Positions 20,043 to 30,458 of a stretch of 64,000 nucleotides of DNA are shown here, piece after piece. Every line of letters begins with the position of its first letter. The stretch's first letter is position 1. This stretch comes from Patescibacteria group bacterium. Lineage in GTDB: Bacteria; Patescibacteriota; Patescibacteriia; Patescibacteriales; BM507. Where the stretch lies: contig JAQIDC010000072.1 in the NCBI GenBank assembly GCA_027858235.1, positions 9,499 to 73,498 on the forward strand, in the 5' to 3' direction. The notes below the pieces were generated by a model. The model searched no databases and was not told where the DNA came from. It saw only the letters and a list, made by a program, of their open reading frames with translations. Made by a program: the position numbers and the translations under genes.

Positions 20043-22346
20043 TTATTTTCCCCATTTATTCTCTATGTCTTTTTTTAGATTGATTGCCTCCTGATAATCA
20101 GGGAAGATATCGAGGGATTTATTGACTTCGAATAAAGCATTTTCAAAATCACTGGCCTCGAAATATGATTTTGCAAGATAGTAGCTCCAAAGATGACCCC
20201 CGTCTCCTATTTCCACTGCCTTTTTATTATACCAGATAGCCTCTTCAAAATCACCTTTTTCTTGATACAAATTTGCCATTTTGTTATAGACTCCCGGCAA
20301 CTCAATGATTTGATTAGCTTCTTCAAAATATCTCACAGCTATACCAATATCTCCCCTTTTACCATTTATTTCTCCAAGAAGAATCTTATTTAAAAGAATT
20401 TCACCCTCAACTTGTTGGAGGTGGTCACGATTAATATTTTCGTTGTTTCTATCTGGAATTTTACTAAAATGAATATTGGATAGCTTTTCAGCTTTTTCTA
20501 GTTTATTGTTTTTAAAATAAATATTAGCTAACTTATAATAGTTTCTGGGTATTCCTGGATAATCTAATATTAAATTCTCATATTCCTTTATTGCTTTGGC
20601 AAAATATTCTTCATCCCCATTTGAAAGGTAAGAATATATGTTTGCCCGAGCTAATCTCTCTTCGTATTTATCTCTATCTATATTTTTGATTATTTCTTTT
20701 AAATACTCTGTCCCCTTAAAACTATACACTAAACCATATTTTTCTACCTTTGGAGTCCATTCAGCGAGCATCTCGCCGAAACCTATATCATAGGTATTTG
20801 TTTTTGGTTCTAATTCTTTTATGTAATCAAACAAAAGGAGGGCTTTGAAATATTCTTCATTGACTCTCGCCTGTCTAATCTCCAGATAATATTGATCGGC
20901 AATTATTTTGTTTATTTCTATTCTTAATTGTCCAAAAAGGAAAAATATTAACAAAAAAACAATCATTAATTTTAATAAAGTTTTGAACAAGACATTCTTC
21001 TCGTTTTTTATATTTTGTCCCTTATCTTCATTCTCATCCTCTTGAAAATTTATCCATAAAATAATTGCGAAATAAAACCAAAAGATAATCTCTGATGTGA
21101 TAAATGAAAAATTAAACAAAAGATAAACAAAATATGAGGCAAAAGCTATTCCAAGGGAAATATTTAAAAATTTTTCTCTATTTTTTTTAATATTTTCAAT
21201 TATTAAGCTAAAAAATAAGTAGAGAAGAAGAATATAGGAAATAAGTCCAAAAATACCTGTTGTTAATAAAGTATCAAGAAATATATTATGAGCCCTACTT
21301 GGTCTAACCCCAATGCTAGAGTGGACCGCCCAATTCGTTTCATAATATTTAGGTATAATTTCTCCTTGTGAATCGAGTCCATGCCCAAAAAATGGTTTTT
21401 CTCCTATCCCATCAATGCCCGCTTTCCAAAAATCAACTCTTGCAGCAGTGCTTCCGTTCTCAAAATTAAAAACGGAGCTTATTTTTGTTTTAAACACAGA
21501 GGAAGCACTAATAAACAAAAATAAAATGACTACAATTATACTTGCAATTGTAAGATTTTTTTTGTTTAAAAATTTTAGTTTTGAATTATAAATAAAATAC
21601 AATCCCAAAAGAAAAAGTCCAAATAAAAATCCCAACCAAGAAGCTATGCTATATGTATAGCCGAGAGAAAGAATATTTAAAAATAATACTAGAAGATAGA
21701 AATATCTAAAATATTGTTTTGTTTCTCTAAATAAATATATATTCAACGGAATTACAAGGAGAAGGAATGCACCCAAGAAATTTGGTTGACCGAAAGTCGA
21801 CGTCACTCTTAGCTCTGTAGATTCGATCCAACGAAAAGGGTCGAGACCAAAAGCTTGAGCAATGGCATAGGTGGACACAAAAAATGAAGAAAATATCAAT
21901 GCAATGAGCCCCCGATTGATGCTCCTTTTGTCTTTTAGGTTTAAAAAGGTTAAGCAGAAAAACAGGAAGAAAAATACAATTGATTCAAGCCCGAACAATC
22001 TATCATAAGAGCCCCATATGCTAATGCTATAAAATCGTGAAAAAACAGTTGACACAAATAGAGAGGTAAAATATATGACAAAAATTATGATTGCCATTCT
22101 GTATTTCTTAACCTTATCCCAAAACAAGTTTATGCTTTCTGGGTTACCATAGAAAAAAAATCTAATAAAACTAAAAAATAGTAAAAATATTACAGAAATC
22201 TTGAAAAGAATAAATTTATTTAACTCAAAAACATTATTTGTTTTAACAACAAAAGAAAAAAATAATGGTGTTAAAAACAATATTTCTAATATAAAAAATT
22301 GAATTAAGATATCCAATATTTTCTTATAGCTTAAGTATTTTTTCAT
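20043..22346 (-). CDS. O-antigen ligase/polymerase-like (Wzy_C) polytopic membrane protein fused to C-terminal TPR repeats
   Basis: More than 10 TM helices with a periplasmic loop 'FFGHGLDSQGEI'. The C-terminal ~300 aa carries repeated 'A..YY.LA..Y...g....A' TPR units. Confidence 0.7.
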   Translation of the reverse strand: MKKYLSYKKILDILIQFFILEILFLTPLFFSFVVKTNNVFELNKFILFKISVIFLLFFSFIRFFFYGNPESINLFWDKVKKYRMAIIIFVIYFTSLFVSTVFSRFYSISIWGSYDRLFGLESIVFFFLFFCLTFLNLKDKRSINRGLIALIFSSFFVSTYAIAQAFGLDPFRWIESTELRVTSTFGQPNFLGAFLLLVIPLNIYLFRETKQYFRYFYLLVLFLNILSLGYTYSIASWLGFLFGLFLLGLYFIYNSKLKFLNKKNLTIASIIVVILFLFISASSVFKTKISSVFNFENGSTAARVDFWKAGIDGIGEKPFFGHGLDSQGEIIPKYYETNWAVHSSIGVRPSRAHNIFLDTLLTTGIFGLISYILLLYLFFSLIIENIKKNREKFLNISLGIAFASYFVYLLFNFSFITSEIIFWFYFAIILWINFQEDENEDKGQNIKNEKNVLFKTLLKLMIVFLLIFFLFGQLRIEINKIIADQYYLEIRQARVNEEYFKALLLFDYIKELEPKTNTYDIGFGEMLAEWTPKVEKYGLVYSFKGTEYLKEIIKNIDRDKYEERLARANIYSYLSNGDEEYFAKAIKEYENLILDYPGIPRNYYKLANIYFKNNKLEKAEKLSNIHFSKIPDRNNENINRDHLQQVEGEILLNKILLGEINGKRGDIGIAVRYFEEANQIIELPGVYNKMANLYQEKGDFEEAIWYNKKAVEIGDGGHLWSYYLAKSYFEASDFENALFEVNKSLDIFPDYQEAINLKKDIENKWGK

Positions 22347-22440
22347 GTTTGTATTATAACAGGTAATAAGAGATAGGAGAAAGACTAGCGATTATATTTT
22401 TTACACCTCACCATGTGTATATTATCAGTTTATCTATATA

Positions 22441-22467
22441 AAAAAACCCCCGTTGGGAGGTTTTTTT
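22441..22467 (-). terminator. intrinsic terminator after the major pilin gene
   Basis: Minus strand: CCUCC-CAAC-GGGGG followed by U7, flanked by an A-run (bidirectional shape). Lies 23 nt after the stop at 22490. Confidence 0.6.
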
Positions 22468-22489
22468 ATATAGAATTCGAAATCTTTTA

Positions 22490-22972
22490 TTAGTCGTCTA
22501 CAATACCTGCTGGAGTAGCATAATGACCAGTTACACCAGTAACAACTGCACCAGTTACAGAGCCTGCTGTTTGACCAATACAATAACGTAGTGTGTAACT
22601 ACCGTGAATCACTGATGAGCCACAGTTGCTACCATCTACATCACATGATAAATAAGCGTAATCTACATTAGGACAGCCTTGGTCAGTTCTTGGTGTTGGA
22701 TTATCCGGAATAACACCCATGTAGGTAATACTTGATGACGCAATAGGACTCCCCGTAGCGAACTCTCCTGTTGGAGGATATTGACTCATGTCAGTAAAGT
22801 AAAGCTCCAGTGCTGTCTGGATTTGCTTGATGTCAGATAGACGTCTTGCATCTCTAGCTTTTGCTCTGGCGTTATTTAGAGAAACAACAGCCAGTGTTGA
22901 TAGTAATCCGATAATAGCGATTACTACTAACAACTCAATAAGTGTAAAACCTTTTTGATTAATTTTTTTCAT
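22490..22972 (-). CDS. type IV pilin (major pilin candidate)
   Basis: 'KGFTLIELLVVIAIIGLLSTLAVVSLNNARAKARDARRLSDIKQIQTALELY' is the canonical type IVa pilin N-terminus. AGGAGG RBS, own terminator. Confidence 0.85.
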   Translation of the reverse strand: MKKINQKGFTLIELLVVIAIIGLLSTLAVVSLNNARAKARDARRLSDIKQIQTALELYFTDMSQYPPTGEFATGSPIASSSITYMGVIPDNPTPRTDQGCPNVDYAYLSCDVDGSNCGSSVIHGSYTLRYCIGQTAGSVTGAVVTGVTGHYATPAGIVDD

Positions 22973-23062
22973 AATTCACCTCCTAGCTAATTTACATACT
23001 ATATTCATTTAATCCTAGAATTTAAATAAACAAGCATGGGGATTTAATTAATTAAATTTTAT

Positions 23063-23126
23063 AATTTAAAATTTAGAATTTAAAACGCAAGTATAATTTC
23101 ATGCTCTAAATTCTAAATTTTAAATT
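23063..23126. repeat. 20-bp perfect inverted repeat between pilC and the pilin gene
   Basis: AATTTAAAATTTAGAATTTA (23063..23082) and its exact reverse complement (23107..23126), separated by 24 nt. Confidence 0.6.
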
Positions 23127-23190
23127 TCCAAAACTTATCCACATTATACCACAAAATGTTATATACTAAAACAGCCTATGAACTAATGAG

Positions 23191-24390
23191 CTAAGCGGCC
23201 ATTTGATACATTGGCATAATAATTGCTGCTACCATTATCCCAACACCAATTCCCATGATAACCATAATAATTGGTTCCATTAGAGTCATTAAATTGGCCA
23301 CAATATTGTCAATTTCTCTGGTATAAAATTCTGTAATTTTTTCTAAAATAACATCAAGCTTTCCTGTTTTTTCACCAATGCTCATCATCTGACTAACCAT
23401 TTTTGGTATTTGATCACTTTGGGAAAATTCCTTAGAAATAGAATGTCCATCTTCGATGCTCACAATAGTTTTATCTATCAAATTTTTATAAACTGAATTG
23501 TTTACAATATCTCCTGTAATTTTAAGAGCATGAGTCATAGTAACGCCACCGATTAAAAGAGTATTAAAAGAACGCGTAAAGCGAGTCAAGTATATTAATT
23601 TAAAAAGTCTTCCAAATATCGGAAGTCTTAAAACAATATTATCAAAAATAGTTTTGCCTACTTTTGTTCTGAGAAATGCTTTTAAGCCAAAAAATGCTCC
23701 CAATAACAAAATAATAATTAACCACCAATAATTCTGCAGGACACTTGAGGTGGCAATAAGAATTTTTGTAGCCATGGGTAGCTCTCCTCCACTCTCCTCA
23801 AGAACTGTTGTTAACTTAGGAACAACAAAAACCATCATAACAATCCCGACGGTGCCAAGTCCCGCCATAACGAAGGCTGGGTAGATCATTGCTCCTTTAA
23901 CTTTGCTTATCATGTCGTATTCTTTTTCTATCTCATTGGCCAAATAATCAAGAACTTCATCTAGCTTACCAGAATTTTCACCAGATTTTATAATATTTAC
24001 AAAAAAATTATCAAAGACCTTAGGCCTCTTTGCTAGAGATCCCGAAAGAGTTGATCCTCCATCAATCTCGTCAACAACTTCAGATAATATCATTTTTAGC
24101 TTCATATTCTCTGTTTGGTCGACCAATATCCGCAAAGCTTGAACGATGGCAACATTAGCTGAAATCAAAACAGAAAATTGACGAGAAAAAATAACCATAT
24201 CTTTCGGCTTGACTCTATCTATCACAAAAGCCCCCTTGGCTTGCTCCCCACTAGACTCAAGATAAAGAGAGACAATCGAATAACCCTTTTCTCGCAAGGT
24301 ATCGGCCGCCATATCCTCAGTAACAGCATCAACAAGGCCTGCTAAGGCTTTCCCCGACGGATCTAATACTTTGTATTTATATAATGACAT
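23191..24390 (-). CDS. pilC: type IV pilus platform protein (GspF/PilC family)
   Basis: 399 aa. Two T2SSF repeats and three TM segments, in pilus-cluster context. Confidence 0.85.
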   Translation of the reverse strand: MSLYKYKVLDPSGKALAGLVDAVTEDMAADTLREKGYSIVSLYLESSGEQAKGAFVIDRVKPKDMVIFSRQFSVLISANVAIVQALRILVDQTENMKLKMILSEVVDEIDGGSTLSGSLAKRPKVFDNFFVNIIKSGENSGKLDEVLDYLANEIEKEYDMISKVKGAMIYPAFVMAGLGTVGIVMMVFVVPKLTTVLEESGGELPMATKILIATSSVLQNYWWLIIILLLGAFFGLKAFLRTKVGKTIFDNIVLRLPIFGRLFKLIYLTRFTRSFNTLLIGGVTMTHALKITGDIVNNSVYKNLIDKTIVSIEDGHSISKEFSQSDQIPKMVSQMMSIGEKTGKLDVILEKITEFYTREIDNIVANLMTLMEPIIMVIMGIGVGIMVAAIIMPMYQMAA

Positions 24391-24392
24391 AT

Positions 24393-25427
24393 TTAATAGA
24401 TTTCTGATTCTCTTATTTCCCCAGAATAAATCAAGGCATCAATCGATTTGCTCATACTTATCATTCCTTCTTTTCTAGAGGTTTGGATAATATTGTCTAG
24501 TTGAAAATATCTACCTTCCCTGATTAAAGATTGGATGGCTGAATTATTTATCATCACCTCGTAAGCCATGGCTCTCCCGGAAGGTTTTTTGAAGAATGAT
24601 TTTTGAACAACAATCGCAGTCAAAATATCAGCTAGCATAAAACGGGCGGCTTCTTCATTGTATTTTGATTCAAGGGCGTTTATTAATTTTTCAATTACTT
24701 GAACTGAACTCGGTGCATTTAATTCAAGTATTACAAAAGCATTTCCGGAAGAAAGTTCGGCCATCAGAGGAAAGGCAAGTTCAAAATGTTGTTTGAATTC
24801 ACTAACATAAACGAGGTCAACATCGTCATTCAAGCAGTAGTTAAGAGCGTCTTCAGCAGTTTTTACATCACGACCAATCTGTCTTTGTTCTATTAGAGAT
24901 TTTTTGCGAACGAAAATATTCTCAATTGGTTCTTCTATAGTTACTATGTGTCCGCCTTTATTATTATTTATTTCTTCAACCAAAGCACTACAGGTCGCTG
25001 TTTTTCCTGAACCATAAGGACCAGCAACAACCAAAAGGCCGGCTTTCCTGTCTACTATACGAGAAACTATTTCTGGCAGATTAATCTCTTTTGTTGTTTT
25101 AATTTTATTTGGAACATAATAAAAAGAAATTGAGTATGATGATTTTTGTTTAAAAATATTTATGCGAAACCGAAGCTCTCCAGCCAAGTCTTTTGAAATG
25201 GTTATTTCTTTTTTCTCACCTAAAATTGTCAATTCATCTTCAAATAAAATTGATTTTATAACACCCATCAAGAAATCATTTTCAAGCTTCTCTTCCCCTT
25301 CAAGCTCTATTAACTCATTATGAACTCGAATTATAGGAACACTATCAGCGCTTAAATGAAGAGAAGCTGCTCTCTTTTTTTTACCAGCGAGTAATATTCT
25401 ATTTAAAAATATTGATACAACTTCCAT
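24393..25427 (-). CDS. pilT: PilT-like retraction ATPase
   Basis: 344 aa. Walker A 'GPYGSGKTAT', Asp box 'TIEEPIE'. The size and lack of an N-terminal GspE_N domain fit the PilT/PilU class. Confidence 0.7.
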   Translation of the reverse strand: MEVVSIFLNRILLAGKKKRAASLHLSADSVPIIRVHNELIELEGEEKLENDFLMGVIKSILFEDELTILGEKKEITISKDLAGELRFRINIFKQKSSYSISFYYVPNKIKTTKEINLPEIVSRIVDRKAGLLVVAGPYGSGKTATCSALVEEINNNKGGHIVTIEEPIENIFVRKKSLIEQRQIGRDVKTAEDALNYCLNDDVDLVYVSEFKQHFELAFPLMAELSSGNAFVILELNAPSSVQVIEKLINALESKYNEEAARFMLADILTAIVVQKSFFKKPSGRAMAYEVMINNSAIQSLIREGRYFQLDNIIQTSRKEGMISMSKSIDALIYSGEIRESEIY

Positions 25428-25430
25428 ATT

Positions 25431-25808
25431 TTATTGACCTAATAAGCGATTTATTTTATCTACCACCTCGGAAGGCATAAAGTGTGCTTTTACTAAATAA
25501 TCATCGGCCCCCATTGAAAGACCTTGTTCGACGTCTTGTTTTTGACTTAGATTGGTCAAAAGAATAACAGGGATAGCGCTCGTTGTTGTGTCTGCTTTTA
25601 GCTTTTTCAAAACATCAAAACCATCCATATTCGGAAGCATGATATCCAGAAGAATAATACCTGGTTTTTCCTTCTGAGCCTTTTCAACTCCCATTTCTCC
25701 ATCGCTAGCCATTACGACTTCGTAACCCTCAATTTCAAACTTTGTTGAATACATACTCAATAAAAATTCATCGTCCTCCACTATTAAGATTTTTTTATTA
25801 ATAGACAT
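25431..25808 (-). CDS. single-domain response regulator (CheY/PilH-like receiver)
   Basis: 'ILIVEDDEF...ILLDIMLPNMDGFDVLKKLK...PVILLTN' receiver motifs including the phospho-acceptor Asp. Confidence 0.85.
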   Translation of the reverse strand: MSINKKILIVEDDEFLLSMYSTKFEIEGYEVVMASDGEMGVEKAQKEKPGIILLDIMLPNMDGFDVLKKLKADTTTSAIPVILLTNLSQKQDVEQGLSMGADDYLVKAHFMPSEVVDKINRLLGQ

Positions 25809-25816
25809 ATATTTAT

Positions 25817-27556
25817 TTAATCCTGGGTAACCCTCAAAACATCCTCCATTGTAGTTTTACCCTGAATTATTTTAATTAAACCATCCTCAGTGATGGTGAT
25901 ATATTTTTGATTTTCTCTTATTTCTTCTGTAGAAAAATATTTTTTTCCATCCAAAATTTGTTCTTGCATTTTTTTATTAACATCAATTACTTCTGAAATA
26001 GCGACACGACCTTTATATCCGGTATTGCCACACTTTACACATCCCATCCCTTTAAACATTTTTAAATTATCTACATCATATTCTGGAATAATTTCCTTTA
26101 CATAATCACTTGGAATCTTTTTTAATTCTTTTCTTAGGGATTCACTAACTTCTTTTGTCATTTTAATTTCCTCACGACAATTCTCGCATATTTTACGGGC
26201 CAACCTTTGTGAAACAATTATTCTAAGTGTTGTCCCTACCAAAAATGGCTCTACTCCGATATCAACTAGTCTAGTAATGGCGCCCACAGCGCTAATGGTG
26301 TGGACAGTCGAGAGAACAAAATGTCCAGTCATGGCGGCATGGATTGATAATTCAGCTGTTTCTGTATCTCTAATCTCACCAACCATTATAATGTCTGGAT
26401 CTTGTCTTAAAAAAGAACGTAAACCACTTGAAAAAGTATATCCTATTTCTGGTCTAACTTGAGACTGATTTGCTCCAGGTAAGTGATACTCTACGGGATC
26501 TTCTAGGGTTGATATATTTATTCCTTCTTTATTCAGACTACTTAAGACAGAAAAAAGTGTTGTTGATTTACCAGAACCAGTTGGACCTGTTACTAGGAAA
26601 AGACCTTCTGTTTTTTTTATTCCTTCTTCAATAACCCTTAGGGCATGTCCCTGAAAACCAAGGTCAACTAAGCTAGGGGCTCCCTTGTTGGTATCTAGAA
26701 TTCTCATTACAACCTTTTCAGAACCGGTTAAGGGGAGAATAGAAACACGAAAATCGTACTCCTTGTCATCTATTGCCATTCTAATACGACCATCCTGGGG
26801 TATTCTAGTTTCATCTAATTTCAAATTTGCCATTACTTTAACCCTCGCCACAATAGCCGTATGAATATTTCTAGGTAAAACTAAAGAAGTATGTAGAATA
26901 CCATCAATCCTATACCGAATTCTCGTTTCCTTATCCAATGGTTCTATATGAATATCTGATGCCTTTCCCTCAACTGCATGCCTTATAATAACAGAAACAA
27001 TTTTGGCTACAGGAGCACTCTTGGTTATCTCTTCCATTCCCCCTGAGTCATCTTCTTCTTTTTTCTTCTCCTTTTCCTCCGACTCCTCTTTGCTTTCTAG
27101 GGCACTGGTTAATTCTTTCGATAAAATTTTGTATTTTTTAAATGCAGAATTGAAACTTTTTTTTGATATTAAAAAATATTCTGCTAAGAGACCTCCCCGC
27201 TTGGCTAAAAAATCAACCGCCTCTATCGCTTTGAAATTATTCGTATCAATAATTCCAACTTTAATTTTTTTATCTTCCTTAGCAAAACAAATTATCTTAT
27301 AATTTTGGGCAACCTCACTAGGAATCGTCTGGAGCGCATCATCTGATAAGTCCTTGTCCAAAAGATTTTTATAGGGAAACCCATATGTCTCTGCTTTTAT
27401 TTTTGTTAAACCCTCTATGTCTATTATTTTTTTTCTTTCCAGAAGATCTTCTATTAAAATTTTCTGACTTTCAGCTTCTTCTCTTATACTTATCACGTCC
27501 TTTGCGCCGAGTATTTCTTTTTCAGCCAAAATGTCTAGAATATCTTTATTTTTCAT
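25817..27556 (-). CDS. pilB: type IV pilus assembly ATPase (GspE/PilB family)
   Basis: Walker A 'GPTGSGKSTT', 'LRQDPDIIMVGEIRD', tetracysteine 'CENC...CVKCGNTG'. I place the start at the internal Met (MKNKDILDIL), which removes the overlap with 27567..27869. Confidence 0.85.
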   Translation of the reverse strand: MKNKDILDILAEKEILGAKDVISIREEAESQKILIEDLLERKKIIDIEGLTKIKAETYGFPYKNLLDKDLSDDALQTIPSEVAQNYKIICFAKEDKKIKVGIIDTNNFKAIEAVDFLAKRGGLLAEYFLISKKSFNSAFKKYKILSKELTSALESKEESEEKEKKKEEDDSGGMEEITKSAPVAKIVSVIIRHAVEGKASDIHIEPLDKETRIRYRIDGILHTSLVLPRNIHTAIVARVKVMANLKLDETRIPQDGRIRMAIDDKEYDFRVSILPLTGSEKVVMRILDTNKGAPSLVDLGFQGHALRVIEEGIKKTEGLFLVTGPTGSGKSTTLFSVLSSLNKEGINISTLEDPVEYHLPGANQSQVRPEIGYTFSSGLRSFLRQDPDIIMVGEIRDTETAELSIHAAMTGHFVLSTVHTISAVGAITRLVDIGVEPFLVGTTLRIIVSQRLARKICENCREEIKMTKEVSESLRKELKKIPSDYVKEIIPEYDVDNLKMFKGMGCVKCGNTGYKGRVAISEVIDVNKKMQEQILDGKKYFSTEEIRENQKYITITEDGLIKIIQGKTTMEDVLRVTQD

Positions 27557-27566
27557 AATTTTCAAT

Positions 27567-27869
27567 TTATTCCGCACTAAATGGATTAGAATTACCTTTT
27601 TTAAAATTCGGGCGGAAACCCTCTGGCATTTCAACTAGATCTTTATATCTTTTATCTTCAAAAATATCTAAGCTTATTTTCTTTAAATTGCTATACTTAA
27701 TAACAACGGGAACCGGACCACCTGCATCAGTTGCTAAGGGATTTTCTTCTTCACTTGAACCAAATGACCCAAAATTAGATATCAATAAATATGCAATTAG
27801 ACCAAAAACAACAACAAGAACTACGATATTGATATACATTTTTTTCTTATTTGCTTTTTGAATAATCAT
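27567..27869 (-). CDS. small single-pass membrane protein of the pilus cluster
   Basis: 100 aa with an N-terminal TM helix. Its position between the pilO-like gene and pilB suggests a PilP-like accessory role (context only). Confidence 0.4.
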   Translation of the reverse strand: MIIQKANKKKMYINIVVLVVVFGLIAYLLISNFGSFGSSEEENPLATDAGGPVPVVIKYSNLKKISLDIFEDKRYKDLVEMPEGFRPNFKKGNSNPFSAE

Positions 27870-27871
27870 AT

Positions 27872-28504
27872 TTACAAACTATAATAATAGGCACTTAAGA
27901 CCAAACTAACACCCTCTCCGTCTGAGTAGCTAACATTTTTTATATCCATCAATCTAAGATTTTTTTCAAAATCAGAGATTAAATTTTTCATTGTCATATA
28001 ATCGGTCTCTGAAACACTTAAATTTAAAACAATTTCTTTTACTCCCTTAGACAATGCAGTACTAGTAGTACTCTTGGGGACTGCTCTTGACCTCGAGGCC
28101 CCAGACGCCTGTTCATCTGAATTGATTGTTACGGAATTTAATATTAAACCCCTGTTTTTGATTATATCCTCTACACTAATAACAAGGTCTTCGTAGTCAT
28201 TTTCGCTGGGAATTATTTTATTTATTCTTTCTCTGTCTAAATCGGAAACTTTTTTATATGATTGATTAAAAATTCTTAAACGCTCTAAATAAGTTTCAAG
28301 CTTTTGCAGTTCATCTATTTTTATTTCTGTTAACTCCTCTGAAATACTTTTCATTTTATTGTATTTCGGTTTTATAATAAAGATATAACCTAAAATGAAT
28401 ATAAATAAAAGAAAAATAATTGTAAGGAATTTTGAATATCTAAATAGAAGAAGGGAAAATTTTCTTTTATTCAAACTATTTATATTTTTAAAAGCACTAC
28501 TCAT
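27872..28504 (-). CDS. PilO-like pilus assembly protein
   Basis: N-terminal TM helix plus a coiled-coil segment. Position after the PilN-like gene. Confidence 0.45.
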   Translation of the reverse strand: MSSAFKNINSLNKRKFSLLLFRYSKFLTIIFLLFIFILGYIFIIKPKYNKMKSISEELTEIKIDELQKLETYLERLRIFNQSYKKVSDLDRERINKIIPSENDYEDLVISVEDIIKNRGLILNSVTINSDEQASGASRSRAVPKSTTSTALSKGVKEIVLNLSVSETDYMTMKNLISDFEKNLRLMDIKNVSYSDGEGVSLVLSAYYYSL

Positions 28505-28509
28505 AGTCT

Positions 28510-29280
28510 TTATTTTTTATAAAATATTTCTGGATCAACTTCCAAATTTAGATTAAAATCGACATTTGTTTCACCTGTTTTTTCATCTTCATTTAAGGTT
28601 ATAGATGAGAAAACAACTTTTTTAGTATTTTCATCTTCTTCATAAATTTTAATTTGCTCGGTGGCAATAAAATATGAATCTTTGGCCTTGGATGTAAATC
28701 CATAACTCCCGCTTGTATCTCCAGAAAAACCACTAAAACTAACTTCTTCTAGGGTATTTTTTTCTAAATACGAAAACAAATTTGACCAATAGACATGTTT
28801 ATCCAATAAAGATTCAAGGGCAAATATCTTTTCTTGAAATTTTATTCCTTCATCTACTAACAATTCTTCTTTTGCAATACCCTCTTTTGCATTTAAAATA
28901 TTCTCGTCATATATGCTTGCTTTTTTATTCTCTTCTTTTTCAAGAAACGTCAAATAGGCCAAGCTACCACTAAGGAGCAAAAGGAACACTAGAAAATAAC
29001 TTACAAACACACTCAAATTTGATTTCCAATCAACAAATGTCGCTACGTCATCATTATCGATTAAATTGGTTTTTATCCCCGAACTAGCAGAGAACCCGTC
29101 CCCTAAACCAAGCTTATTCTTTAGCATTTCTAGCTTACTAATATAGGCTCCTTTTTCTTCATTTTCCTTATTCAAAACTTCATCATATTCTGCAATGACC
29201 TCCTTGTTTTTTATTACTCCTCCTTTGGATATGTCTTTTTTTTCTTCTAAATTGTCGTTTTCTCCTTGTTTCTCAAACAT
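28510..29280 (-). CDS. PilN-like pilus assembly protein
   Basis: Single central TM helix ('VFVSYFLVFLLLLSGSLAYLTFL'), immediately downstream of pilM. Confidence 0.45.
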   Translation of the reverse strand: MFEKQGENDNLEEKKDISKGGVIKNKEVIAEYDEVLNKENEEKGAYISKLEMLKNKLGLGDGFSASSGIKTNLIDNDDVATFVDWKSNLSVFVSYFLVFLLLLSGSLAYLTFLEKEENKKASIYDENILNAKEGIAKEELLVDEGIKFQEKIFALESLLDKHVYWSNLFSYLEKNTLEEVSFSGFSGDTSGSYGFTSKAKDSYFIATEQIKIYEEDENTKKVVFSSITLNEDEKTGETNVDFNLNLEVDPEIFYKK

Positions 29281-29288
29281 ATTTCTAC

Positions 29289-30326
29289 TTAATAAATGCT
29301 TCTAAGAGCTAGTCCAGCTGCAACAGCCAATTTTGGGCCAACTTCGCCCAGAAGTGGCTTTAATTCTTCTTGGTAGGAAATCCTGTCCCAAGGGTCACCT
29401 ATAATAACCTTTATATCCAATACCTTGGATAAGTAGTTGGAAAGATTGACAAGCAAAGCACCTCCTCCTGATAAAATTATTTTCTCAACTTTTTTATTAT
29501 CCTTATTTTGATAAAGATTAATGGCGTATTTTATCTCATTTACTACAGGTGATATAACGTCCTCAATTACCTTTGGGATAGTTGCATCTTCGTTCTTAAT
29601 AGAACTTATCCCCAAATCATATTTAAACTGTTCAGCCATCTCTAGTTCCATCGACCCTTTTTCGCTTATCTCTTGAGTGATAGTAAGCCCTCCCACTTCT
29701 ACACTCCTGCTAAAAGAAGGGATTCCATTATCAGCTATTGTAATATCTGAAGTACTATCTCCAATTTCAACTATCATTACTGTTGATTTGTCATGCCCCA
29801 TAAGAGATCTTATCAAGGAAAAAGTTTCTGTTTCAAGACTAAGCAGGTTCATTTGTGCTACCTTAAATATCTCAACATATTTTTTCACTAGAGTTTTTGG
29901 AGCACCAGTTAAAAGAACTTTTATGTTTTTATTATCTTTTTTTTCTGGTTCTTCTATCACTTTCCAGTCCAATATCATTTCTTCAAGTGGAAGAGGAATA
30001 ACTTTTTTAGCCTCCCAGTGAACAGCTGAGGCCATGTCTTTGTTTGCCACATTAGAGAGGCTTAGAATAGAAGAAAAAACAGCATATGTTGGCAGAGCAG
30101 CAACAGCAGCCTTATTGTGAATACCAGCATCATTACAAACCTTATTTAAAAGCTGGGCAGCATAAGAAACATCATCCATTAAGCCTGGTTTTATTTTTGA
30201 GTTTTCCGAAAAACCGTATGAAACAAGTTTTGCCCCTCTTCCCTCTTTCTTTAACTCCACTACTTTTATCCCAGAACTACCAATATCAACTCCGAGATAT
30301 GAATCAACTGAAGAAAATAAACCCAT
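29289..30326 (-). CDS. pilM: type IV pilus assembly protein PilM (actin-like ATPase fold)
   Basis: 'YLGVDIGSSGIKVVEL' phosphate-1 motif and 'ILSGGGALL' phosphate-2 motif. ATG at 30326 preferred over the TTG at 30338. Confidence 0.8.
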   Translation of the reverse strand: MGLFSSVDSYLGVDIGSSGIKVVELKKEGRGAKLVSYGFSENSKIKPGLMDDVSYAAQLLNKVCNDAGIHNKAAVAALPTYAVFSSILSLSNVANKDMASAVHWEAKKVIPLPLEEMILDWKVIEEPEKKDNKNIKVLLTGAPKTLVKKYVEIFKVAQMNLLSLETETFSLIRSLMGHDKSTVMIVEIGDSTSDITIADNGIPSFSRSVEVGGLTITQEISEKGSMELEMAEQFKYDLGISSIKNEDATIPKVIEDVISPVVNEIKYAINLYQNKDNKKVEKIILSGGGALLVNLSNYLSKVLDIKVIIGDPWDRISYQEELKPLLGEVGPKLAVAAGLALRSIY

Positions 30327-30458
30327 AAATATTTGCAATAATTAATTTCTTTACTTTACAGTATTTATATAAAATTATATAATAATAATATATTTAAATA
30401 TGTTGTAGCTATTATAACATATTTCACTCATTAGAGGCAAAATTTTAATCCCCAATAA

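Noticed and set aside
27557-27634. N-terminal 26-aa extension of pilB in the ORF track
   Set aside because: The extension overlaps the upstream ORF 27567..27869. The internal Met gives the conserved GspE N-terminus (MKNKDILDIL...) without overlap.
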